A stretch of 64,000 bases of DNA, taken from NCBI GenBank assembly GCA_002269645.1, contig NIVC01000260.1, positions 588,461 to 652,460 on the forward strand, read 5' to 3'. The DNA is from Macrostomum lignano (lineage: Eukaryota). Below are positions 11,442 to 23,788 of the stretch, in pieces (within the stretch, counting starts at the first letter, position 1; each line of letters opens with the position of its first letter). A program made the position numbers and the translations under genes. Under the pieces are notes generated by a model that worked only from the letters and a program-made list of their open reading frames with translations, was not told the DNA's origin and made no database searches.

Positions 11442-14400
11442 CACGGTGCTTCCCACGTGGCAAAATGACTTAAAAAATTGCCCAAGAAAACGGTTACTAA
11501 TGTTGCAAACTAGGGTGCCTCAGCTGTCTAAAACATATTTTAAAAGAATCGTAAGTGCTTGTCTTGTCATGATATAGTAATTTTTATTCTAACGGCCTTT
11601 TCTATTAAGCAGAGCCAACTAAGAGCAATATATATTAAATTAACATTAAGCAGAAAAAATGTAAGAAAAAATTAATGCGAATTTAAACAAAATAAAGCTG
11701 AAATTTAGGCCACAAATTTTTAAGAAATAGTAGAAGAATAAGCAATACTAAATGAAATTCAACAAAGAACAAGTTAAGTTCGTACAGTAAAGACAAAAGG
11801 AATTTGAAACTAAGCTACAAGTAAATTGTCAAATGTGAAAGCTGTTGTATGCAATGACAGCTGAGAGCAACGCGTCTGGGAATTTGCTGTGCTGCGTGGG
11901 CACAGCAAATCTCTGCCAAGTTTGAGCGAAATCGCGGTGCACGCTCTCAAAGGATTGTTCGCTAAACAGGCCGAGTGCGCTACCAGTGGCGCTACAGAAG
12001 GTTCCTACGTGGTGCAGCAGCACGTGCACTTTCGGGAAAATTGGCAGACCAAGCAGCTCAAATGCAGTCTTGAACTGCAAAATGTGCTGCTGGAAATCTG
12101 CATGCAGCTGGGAACCGAAGCAGCTACTGACGACGGAATCTAAACGCATCAAACAAGAACCGTAGGGCTTCAGGTTCTGCGGCAGATACTCATGAAGCTC
12201 TGCAGATTTGCGAAGCAGAGTGCGGCAGGCGTTTCCCTCCATGCTGCCGCCACGGTATCCAACGCGCACAATGCTGCGGTCATGGGCCCACTGATACGCG
12301 CAGTCGTTGCCCCACGCCGAGTTCAATGCGTCGAAGATGCGATTCGTGATGCCAAGCATCAGATGCAGCTCCGGTGGAGGCAGAACGAACAGAATCTCGG
12401 CTTCATCGTCTGCCTGAAGCAGAGGGGCCTCAACGCAGTTGTAGAAATCCTTTGCACTGCTTCTCTCTTTGCCGCTGCTGGCGAAGTCCACGGCCATCTG
12501 TCGTATTCTTCCAACAGTTCTCATCGGGCCACAGGTGTTCAGTGGCACAGGAGCCTCGCAATAGCAGCATGGATGCCTGGATGCATGTGACTGGAGGCCA
12601 CAGATGAGGTTCGCAACCTTCATGTCAGCTGCTACTGCATTCACCGTTACTCCTCCAAGGCTCAAATGCTGAAAGAGAACTTTGATGCTATTGTAGCACT
12701 CGCTCATGTCTGGCACAGCTGCTAGCAGCAACAGCTTTTTTACTCCAGAATCGGCAAACAGCTGGTCCTTTGTCGACTGACTTTCTTGGCTATCACCTCG
12801 ATGCAGCAGGCTGGCACAAATTTTAAAAAATCCACCGCCTCCGTCAAGACCAAGCTTTACGTCGACATCCGTGTAGCCCCTCTCAGAAGCGACCTTCTCA
12901 ATCAGGCCTTGCACATCACTGCAGATCACGGCGTTTTTTGCGGTAGCCACTTTGCTGTCGACTTCAAGCAGCTTGCTCACAAAAAAGTCTTTCAGATGCC
13001 GGCTTCTGGCAGTGAGGCTTGCACCCAAGTTCGACTGCACAGCCTTCCCTGAGCCGGCTCCTTTTCGCAAAATGCTGGCCGCTTGCAGAGTTTGCCGGTT
13101 GCTGAGATTTAATGCAACTTTCAGCCGAAGCATCGTGTTAGCTGTTGTTGGAGCCAGCTGTCGTGTGCTGCAGGCTGTGTTGGCCACAGTGACAGCTAGA
13201 GGTCTGCCTCCTTGCGCTCTTTTCAGTGCAACGGTGCTTGCCCCGGTGGCCTGCAGCTTGGCAGCAACTGTAGTGCTAGCGACTTGCTCTGCTGTTCCAG
13301 GGCTGATCAAGCTGCTCAGATTTGCTAGCCGGGTTGCTTTGTTGCAGCGATGCGGCTTGCCCTTGCCGATGGGCGAGTGGCAGCCAGAGCAGAGCCGCAA
13401 AGGAGCCTGGGCTGCATCTGCACTAGTTGAAGGACGGCCTCTGGCGCAGTTAAGTGTACCAGTTGCATAGGTGCTGTGTGGATCTGCATTTTTGCGCAGG
13501 TTGCTGCGGGCAATCTTGCAGATCTCGCAATGGCAGTTTGGTTGCGATCTTCGACTCACAGGAATGCTGCTCAGATCTGCTAGCATTTGCTCGTAGTTGA
13601 GTCTGGGCGGCAAAGGCCGAGGTGCTGGGCCTCCAAGCGAAGAAATAATTCGACGGCAGCCCTCGCAGACTCCAACAGGCAGAAGATGCCGCACAGACGA
13701 ATAATTCGGAAGGACGTACTGCTCAACAGTTGTGATGTCATTCAGGCGGCGCTCAGCCTTTCGCAGACAAAGTAGACATACACTCTGCTGGCACTGGTCA
13801 TGGGACTTCAAGCTGTTGGGCATTGCTTAATCAACTATCTTTTCTAGAAGATAGGTCGTAGAGTTTAGCTAGAATTCAGGAGTATGAGCTGATTTTCTTG
13901 ACCTTTGTCACACTAACAATATTTAACCCAATGCTTCTCTAACTCACCTTATCAACTCATTTTAAAGCCAATCCAATATACTAAAAATGAAAATCAATAA
14001 ACTGAAAGTAAAATTTATTGATTAGGGCTAAAGCACTATGCAAGAGCACTCATTTAGAACCACTACTAGGATAGACGCAGTTGCACCTGGAGAGGTGAAC
14101 ATTGCACGAATGTACTCCTGTTCACCCCACCCCTCTGACACTTTTCCAATATAAGCTCTTCATACAATTAGGGGCATATTGCGTGATTTGAGGCAGTGAC
14201 TTGAGTTCAACCACTCCCTCACTTTAAAATTATTGATTGTACTTGTCTCATAAATGATTAAACTTGAAGTTCTACACTTTACAATGTATTAAAGACACTT
14301 GAAATAGTATAAGTGTTTAATTGGCTTTATCATGACAAGACAAGCACTTATGATTCTTTTAAAATATGTTTTAGACAGCTGAGGCACCCTAGTCTGCAAC

Positions 14401-14460
14401 ATTAGTAACCGTTTTCTTGGGCAATTTTTTAAGTCATTTTGCCACGTGGGAAGCACCGTG
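11442..14460 (-). mobile_element. Chapaev (CMC) DNA transposon, apparently intact
   Basis: 133-bp TIRs (11442-11574 and 14328-14460, 2 mismatches) starting CACGGTG. 4-bp TSD GGCT (11438-11441 and 14461-14464). Single long ORF. Confidence 0.88.
11829..13823 (-). CDS. Chapaev transposase (664 aa)
   Basis: N-terminal Chapa-like Zn finger H-x7-C-x2-C...LPVGVCEGC. Core LGLDGGGG (D), AADMK (D), HPCCYC, PPPELHLMLG, KVHVLLHH, SEQSFESVH (E). Confidence 0.85.
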   Translation of the reverse strand: MPNSLKSHDQCQQSVCLLCLRKAERRLNDITTVEQYVLPNYSSVRHLLPVGVCEGCRRIISSLGGPAPRPLPPRLNYEQMLADLSSIPVSRRSQPNCHCEICKIARSNLRKNADPHSTYATGTLNCARGRPSTSADAAQAPLRLCSGCHSPIGKGKPHRCNKATRLANLSSLISPGTAEQVASTTVAAKLQATGASTVALKRAQGGRPLAVTVANTACSTRQLAPTTANTMLRLKVALNLSNRQTLQAASILRKGAGSGKAVQSNLGASLTARSRHLKDFFVSKLLEVDSKVATAKNAVICSDVQGLIEKVASERGYTDVDVKLGLDGGGGFFKICASLLHRGDSQESQSTKDQLFADSGVKKLLLLAAVPDMSECYNSIKVLFQHLSLGGVTVNAVAADMKVANLICGLQSHASRHPCCYCEAPVPLNTCGPMRTVGRIRQMAVDFASSGKERSSAKDFYNCVEAPLLQADDEAEILFVLPPPELHLMLGITNRIFDALNSAWGNDCAYQWAHDRSIVRVGYRGGSMEGNACRTLLRKSAELHEYLPQNLKPYGSCLMRLDSVVSSCFGSQLHADFQQHILQFKTAFELLGLPIFPKVHVLLHHVGTFCSATGSALGLFSEQSFESVHRDFAQTWQRFAVPTQHSKFPDALLSAVIAYNSFHI

Positions 14461-15724
14461 GGCTTGGTATTCCTACTGTTAACAGGTTGAGCATTGAATT
14501 TGATAGCACTGAATCAGCAATTTCAAACTGCAGAATTTCTAGCCAAGTAAGCGTCCTTTTTTCGAGAAAATTTTTGTGAAAAAGTATCTTCGAGAGCGGC
14601 AACCCCCGGCAACTTTACGACTGACAAAGGGGTATTTTTATATTCACCTACATATACGTTCGGCTGACGTATGTGGATTATGTTATAGATAACCCTCTTG
14701 CCAGTCGGATGGAGAGAGGGTGAGATATTGATAAATGCAAAGAAACCTCAAAATTACGAGTGCAGAGTCCTTAGACAGTTGTTTATGATTACGCTTTAAA
14801 CTGAAAATCATGTATCTCATTAATTCTTGCCTTCTCTGTTGTTCGTTGCTTTCCTGTCTGTAAGTCGCTAGCGATTCCACTGCAGTGATGTCTGGTAAAT
14901 TCAGGTGACGATGCTTTCTGCTTCTCTCGACTTTGCTGCATTCATTTTATTTCGATATTTTGGATGGCAACGCTGGAAAACTATCTTAATTGCTCTGGAA
15001 CTGAGCTCTGGAAGAGAGTTGCGTGTGCAATGTCAATAAGCCGCTGTTAATAGGTTTGATTTTACATTTATTTGACTACCTAATGCATCCAAGCATGAAG
15101 TTTTATTTTTATTGACTTTTTTTAAAGCCGATCAAGTCTATCGCAGTTTCAGGTCGACGCCAGAGTCCACAGCAGGGTTTAAACTCTAGCATATTGACGG
15201 TCAACACACATCCGTCAGTGGGCTGCTGTTTGTCTACAATGCTATTTGGATTGGCAATGCGTCCATTTTACTCGTAGTGGGCTGAAAATCCTGCAGCTCA
15301 AGTAAATTTCTCTGGCTATTAAATCAAATCAACAACTCTTCGAATTCGAAACACTGTCTCCATCCTTGTCTCTATCACTCTCCGATCTCTCCTCTCCCCT
15401 CTCCTCTCCTTCCCGTAGCCTGCGTGGTAAAGGCTCTCACGAACGGACCGCGTTTTCTAAACTCTCTGTGGTGAAGAGACCTGATGGCTCGGTTCTTATC
15501 CGCGACCGAGAGAAGTTTCTTATCTGAATGTCATCTTTGAGGCCTTTGGCAGAGCACTGGATTCCAAAGCCACTCACCCTCACCTTGTGGATGATGTTCA
15601 TGGCCCGGAACCGCACTGTCAAACTTCGCCTGTCCAGAAAAGGGGCCCTCAGGGCGGGGTTCATACCCCGGTCTCTGGAACATGGTCATGAGTTGCTTTG
15701 CAGCGACCTTTCGTGATCTCATTC

Positions 15725-16755
15725 TCAAGTTGGGCTAGCCGCCTGAGGGTCAAGAGTAACCTCGACGCTCTCTACAAAATCCAGGGCAGAGCCTGCCAAA
15801 TGACTATGGGCGCTCCACCCTCTGCTCCTTTTGAGTGCATGAATGCCTTCCTCTGTGCCCCTCCTCTGGATATTTATATCAAAGAAGAAGTGGGTGAAGA
15901 GCACCCGGCGCCTTCTGTATGTCGGGAAGGCGTTAAAAAAGGTGCGGGTCTTTAAGAAACGGTCCCTTATCCCGCACTCTGACCTCTGCCTTAAGACTCT
16001 CGAGGAGTGTGGCGGGCTCAACATTCTCATGGAGTCGATCCCAGCCGCCCTTCTCCTGAGCCAGCTCCTGTTCGGCAGAGCTGCGCCGAAGGCAGCTCAG
16101 CGCTCAGCGGAACATCAAAGATTTTTCACTCTGACAGCCAAGCAGCCCTTCGGGCCCTCTGCCGCAGCACCACCAACCCAAAATCTGTCCTGGACTACAA
16201 TGCCCAGTTCAATGGGCTGGCGCTTGGCAATCAGATGGGGCTCAGATGGATCCCGGGTCACGCTGGTTTCCTCGGCAACGAGCGCGCTGACTTGCTGGCC
16301 AAGGCTGGCTCCGCCGGCGCGTTGCTGGGGCCGGGGCCCAGGGACCCCATCCCCGCCTCGGTGATCAACTCTCGCGTTAAGCGCTGGGATGTCTGCTGCC
16401 GGGATGTCCCTCCCCCCTCCTGCGCAGAGCCCTCCTTAGGCTTGACCGCAGGGACCTCAGAGCAGTTAGCATTTCCCTCTCAGGGCATGGCTGCTTCTCT
16501 CGCCACCGCTTCATTCAGGGCCAGGTACCTGAGGACTGGTGCCCTTTCTGCCGCTCAGGCAATGAAACTTTATCTGCTCACTCACCTCGGCCCGAAACCC
16601 TGGTTCTCCCCGACGTTTGCAGGCCCGAAAGCATCCCGTTGCTCGCCCGGTACCTCGGGGACACGGGACGAGCTGAGATCTTCCTCATCGCCGGTGAGGA
16701 GAACCGCGCTGCAGGCGAGGCCGTCGGGTTCCCCTGAGCGACATCGCTTTGATTG
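15725..16755 (+). mobile_element. Truncated, internally deleted RNase-H LINE (same clade as the 23.7-29.6 kb element)
   Basis: KIQGRACQMTMGAPPSAPFECMNAFLCAPPLDIYI, SLIPHSDLCL and FHSDSQAAL...WIPGHAGFLGNERADLLAKAG align by eye to ORF2 of the full-length LINE. The YTDGS segment is missing. Confidence 0.85.
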
Positions 16756-18174
16756 AAGTCCTTGGTCGCCAGGGGCCAGCGGAATGGGGGTGTCAATCAG
16801 TGCCTATTAGCTCGTAGTGTTACGAATTGCTGTCTAAATCTATTAGTGTCAAGTGAACTGCGGGAAATCGTATCATTTGAATCAATGAGTAAAATAATCA
16901 GTACTTATGTGCGATATATCTCAAACCTTATGTGCGATCGTATTCAACACATTGTTTGTTTAATTATGCTTCATCCTCCTTTATTCTTGCATGATATCAC
17001 CAGCGGCTGCAATTGGAGAAAGTCTAGTTTGCTATTTTTCTTTTTGCAAAGTATTTCAAACTCTCTCTTCAGCCTCCAATAACCACACTAAACTATCGCA
17101 CCTGTTGATTGTTAGTTTTACACAAGCATTTCTCGTCTCAAGAAGCTAGCTGCTAGCGTTTCTCATCTGCAATGCTTAGCCTTGTTCAAATAAGGAGCAG
17201 CTGCAATCGAGGAGCAATAAGTATAGCTCGTATTGCTTATATCTGACTGTTCATGAGGGGAGCAAAATGTATTAGCCACTTTTTGAATAGGAAAAATGTC
17301 AGCCCAACTCTAACCATTAAGCTGTCTCACACAGGCATAGGTATTCGGGCTGTAGCAGTGCAAAGTGGGAGTTGAACTCCTCTTGGTAAGTATTGCTTGG
17401 CAAAATGCTGCTCGGCAGTGAATCGAAGGTATAAAAAACAGTCCGAGATGTAGCAGCTTCATTCAAAATACATTTGGCCCTTTTCTCTCGAATCACATCT
17501 TTCATGGTCAAATCATAGAAAGGACATTCCTGACTGAGGCATCGCTGCGTTGTTTGAGCAGCCAAAGTAGAGCAGCAAAAACTGCTATGATTTTCTCTTC
17601 TTTTTTGGTATTTTAAAAGATTCAGATTGTTCTTCCTTTTCTCTGTGAGCTGCTAACATTTAGAGTGGAACATCAAAGCAAAGGCCAGTCCTGACAAGCA
17701 CTACGAGCGTAGACCAGACCCAGACATGTTCGTCGGCTATTCGCGGGTATTTACACTGGAAAGACAACTGCATTGCTTGGTGGATATTGAAGCAAGAGTC
17801 GGATAAATATTGAATCGCTGATGAACAGATGCTTGCTAAGCTTTGCAATTCTTCCAATTCGTGAATCGAGCCTGGGCCGCTGGCATATCAGAGCGTCCAG
17901 ATGACTGAAACGGCCTTACAAAAAGCAATGAAAAATGCGTTTTACTCCAACGAAGATTCAGACCTTTAAAAACAGGCTTCGCCAACGGATACTGTCTCAG
18001 CTCTTAAGCACTCGTAAATGATTGACCTTAGCCTACAAACAATAAATTAAGAAGATCAGGCACTGCTCCACTACTAACTCAGATATCAATTGTTTATCAA
18101 TTTGCTTTTTAAAATTTCCTGTGTCCTTCATTGCTGAGATCAGCCATCAGTACTCAGAAGTGACTCATGACTGC

Positions 18175-18868
18175 TCAGTGCAAGCCGAACTTGACCCAGT
18201 CGGCGCTCGTCTCGATATCCGCCTCCACCTGAGTGTCGGTGAACAGCAGCAGGCGGCAGGCTCTCAGCTTGCTGTTGTACAGCACGTGTCTGCAGCTGGC
18301 CGCACGCATGCCAGCTGTCACGCAGTGCATTGCGTTCTTCACCTGCAGCAGGTCAGCGTGGCAGAACTCGGAGCTGGGGTTACGCTGCGCTTGAACGGAG
18401 TCCGCTGCCACAGTTGGCCTGACGGAGACCTCAGTGTTGCTTTATCGACAAACTCTCAGACTAACCCAGCCAGATTCAGAACTTGAAGAAGACAACACAG
18501 CAACGCAGTCCTGGTTGCCGTCTTGGTTATCAGGCTCAGCCGATGCCCACAGCGAATTGTCCAGCGGCAGGATGCCGTTGAAACTGGCCAGCTGCCAGTC
18601 CGACCTGCTCGTGTTTCGCTCATCGGCCAGGTCGGACACTCCGAGCCAGACCCAGCAGTCGCAGGCGAGTGTCGGCAGTAGCAGAGCCAGCTAGCTGTGC
18701 GAGTTGAGCAGCTCGCCACCGATCGATGCGCATCGCCGATTCTCTGTGCTCAAGAACACGGCATTGGCCAAACTCGATGCTGAATGGGCTGGGGCAGGAC
18801 TGGGTCCGCACCAACAGCAACTCGCAACTGCTCAAGCAGCCCAGAAGCAGCAATACCAGAGGGCACAA
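18175..18868 (-). pseudogene. C-type lectin + PAN gene copy 4, with deletions/frameshifts
   Basis: Signal peptide and CPSPFSIEFGQC, then SDLADER...WASAEPDNQDGNQDCVAVL, then PAN KNAMHCVTAGMRAASCRHVLYNSKLRAC, spread over different frames. Confidence 0.85.
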
Positions 18869-19014
18869 AGCTCTGATTCATGCTGCTAGCAATTCTTTTC
18901 ACCATATCCTATTGGCTCTCCTTTGTTTAGAGCCTGAGGACTAAATTATAAATTCAGTGACTATTAACAGTAGCTAAGATGGAATAATCATCTAGAATGT
19001 CATGTCGAAAAAAA

Positions 19015-19228
19015 TCACTTGTTCCCGTGGGGACAGAGCACAACTTCGCTGCGTAGAAGGCGCCAGCTGAGGACCAATTCTTTGCACAAGATGCTCCGCA
19101 GTAGCTGGACTCAGTCGGAATCTTTGTGTGAATTCAGCACTGACAGCGAAATTCCGTCTATCGAGGTAAACTCGTGGCTCCCGATGCGGACCGTCTTGTT
19201 GGAGGTTATGAAGATAGAGGAAATTCAT
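19015..19228 (-). mobile_element. PIF/Harbinger-like transposase N-terminal fragment
   Basis: REPRVYLDRR...EFTQRFRLSPATAEHLVQRIGPQLAPSTQRSCALSPREQ resembles Harbinger transposase N-termini (F..RFR.S...L...I...L...T.RS.AL...Q). It is followed by a GT donor; the rest of the gene was not found. Confidence 0.55.
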
Positions 19229-20296
19229 TGACTAACCAGGGTTGAGGCTGGCTGAAAAACAGCTGCTAGTTTAGCCTTGCTAGTCGACGTCTGCTAGCTT
19301 CGTGAAATCAACTCTCCCACCCTCGGCACCCAATCTGACCTGCTAGCCATAGACAGCTAGACGCTGCTACTGGCTTGGGAGCCAGTCGCTTTGAAAATTA
19401 TCGAAGAGGCCCCAAACGCTTTAGATTTCGAGACCCGGATGTTTCTAGGGCTATATTTTATTCTAGATCCCGATACCAGACTGTACAGATGCGAGCCGAG
19501 CAGAAAAACAAGCGCACAGACAATTAGAAACTGAACAGCCTTTGTGTGCCCCATCATCACCTGCAGTGTTGATGGGCTTGTTCAGTAATATTTCTGTGTG
19601 GCTAAACTTATTCGCAAGCTGTTCAATATAAATTTGACAGTCAGAGTTACTGTACATTTGCAGATTGCCTGTAAACGCTACTACTCACCAAGCTGAGATG
19701 CATGATCTGAACATTGTTCAATAGTTTAAGGCCGGAAGTTCAACAGTTGAATTCGAGGTCTGTCGCAGCTTGAGGAGTTACTAGTAAATTCTGGTGCTCC
19801 CACAAGCAAGCAAGTTTCAGAAGCTTTTGCTTCACTTGATCTGCGAACTGCTTGGCTTGTTTTTCTGAGAATTGATAATAACTACTAGTAAAAAGTGTCT
19901 GAAAGAAAATAAAAAACTGAAGATTGCCGTGCCTGCTTTCGGCCAATGGCGTCCAACCTCCCAAGGCACGTAGAGTGAGTGAGCAGCATGCTCAGTTTTC
20001 CATTTGCATTTAGAGCTGAACTGGGGCGGTCCTGCTTGCCTGCTCAGAATTCCGAAGGCGATTTGTTTGTCTATGCAGATGGACTGATGGGAGAAATACG
20101 CTCGTACAATGCGAATGTTATTAACTTATTTCAGGTTCATATATTGACATTTAAGCTCCGGTTTCAGCTGCCTATTTTCATGCAGCCTGACCAGGGTTTT
20201 CCGCTCCAGGATTAATAGCATTCGCTCAAATTTTAGCAATAAAGGCTGCGAATATTTCCATGTCGGTTTTTGCAGTCAGTCCATCTTACATGTATC

Positions 20297-22152
<1,856 letters not shown>

Positions 22153-22232
22153 GCGTACTGGAGGGAGTCGTGCCAGAGTTACGACGCAGGATGGAGAAAT
22201 TTAAAGTTGTTTAAACTGGAATAGAATATGTC

Positions 22233-22390
22233 GAGTCGCCACACACACCCTCAATAACCCGAGCTAATGGGTGAACTGAAGCAATGCAGAGTTAAGTGTC
22301 TTGCTCAAGGACGCAAATTGTTCCAGTGGAGTCGGGAATCGAACCCTCGACCTTCAAGTTGTTGAGTCCGACGCTCTAACCACTAGTATA
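22233..22390 (-). mobile_element. tRNA-derived SINE
   Basis: Minus strand reads tagtggttagagcgtcggact...gagggttcgattccc (A and B boxes), followed by ccttgagcaagacacttaac, a typical SINE core motif. A related copy lies at 49.9 kb. Confidence 0.75.
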
Positions 22391-23118
22391 ACTCGCACAA
22401 CCTAAGAAGACGGTAAAGCAAACTTAAATTACAAAGTTGGAAACAATTGAAATGGTTTTAATTTTTTTGAAAAATATGCTATATAACTTTGGAGTTGTTT
22501 TGGTCTCAGTTGGATCGGTGAAAACTGCTTAGAGACGACTGCAGAAGTGCTCGGAGATTAGGGGTCATCTGCTCAGGGATTACGCAAAAAAGTGCTGGTG
22601 AACCATTGCTAAACTGTAGAAACCAAGGGCTGTCAATGGCGAGCTTAAACAAAAAAACAGTAGACACTAGACATCCAGACCAGCCAGACTATTGGAAACT
22701 CGTCGACTGGGTATTTAAGTTTCAGTTTTTTCATACATATAAAAATCAACAGAAAATGATCAACTCTTTAGGACTGCTAGACAGCTCACGGAGTACTGCA
22801 GAATCGCATTCTCTTCATGACAAATGCACTGAGAGCTTTAGCAACAACAGAAAGGTAAATAAAAAGGAAGAAAAGCGCTTTGAGCGTCTTTACTTGTTTT
22901 GCAAGCATCGATATTTGCGTAGGAATTTATTTGTTCGCTGGCTTCTGCTTACTCACCTGTAAGTGGCTTTTAAAAGGCTGATGTAACAAAACTTTTATGC
23001 CATAGCAACGCGGACTGGTCGCAAATCAGATACTCGTAAATTCCCGACTGTCTACAATGGAAGAGTTTTTTGGTAACTGCGTGCTCTTTGTCTGTGCTCA
23101 ACATTTAGCGACAATATA

Positions 23119-23691
23119 ATGCAAGTGCTTCTGATTTTAAGTGCTCAACTGCTCTGGGCTTCAGCTCAGCCGTGCCCCGCTCCGTTCCACCTCGAGGCCG
23201 GCAAGTGCCTATTCGTGAGCACAGTTCAGAGCCGCACCTGGTGCTCAGCAAATGAGCAGTGCAAATCTATCGGAGGCGAGCTCGTCAACTCGCACGACTC
23301 CATCAAGCTGCTACTCGGTCGAAATATTTCCAGTGCCAACTGCGGCTGCGACCTGTGGATCGGAGTGAGCGACCTGGCCGATGAGAGAGGCGGCAGCAGG
23401 GCCGGCTGGCAGAGGGTCAACGGCAACGGCCTGCTCCCGGATGACAACTCCATGTACTTATCATACAATCCTACTGGCTCAACAGGAGAAAACTGCCTGC
23501 GCATCAGGAGGGATGTCACTCTTGGTGACAAAAGGTGCCACTCTGTTCTCGGCTTCGTGTGCGAGTTTGTGAGTGAGACAGCCCGGCACCCTGCTACCGG
23601 AGTTTGGAAGGCCGCTGACTTCAAGCGAGAGCTGCACCACTCTGTGTACTGCTTCAGCGATGTGCCGAATGTGAGCAGCGCCATGAGGTGC
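23119..23691 (+). pseudogene. C-type lectin + PAN gene copy 5, 5' part (split by LINE; 3' part at 29589-29700)
   Basis: MQVLLILSAQLLWASAQPCPAPF...SSAMRC. The reading frame resumes after the LINE as TAAGMRAASCRHMLYNSKLRACR. Confidence 0.9.
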
Positions 23692-23788
23692 TTGACTTAC
23701 TTGACTTAGCTGCAGGGCTGTCCCGGAGGGGACACAGCGGGAAGGCGCGGGCGCCCATTCCGCTAGTCCCTGAACGGCCGACGCGTCG

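Noticed and set aside
11829-13823. RAG1/Transib or ProtoRAG assignment
   Set aside because: The TSD is 4 bp (Transib and RAG transposons make 5 bp), there is no RAG2-like ORF, and the motifs fit Chapaev better.
22330-22390. tRNA gene
   Set aside because: A and B boxes are present but the cloverleaf is degenerate and continues into SINE core sequence; the same holds at ~50010-50073.
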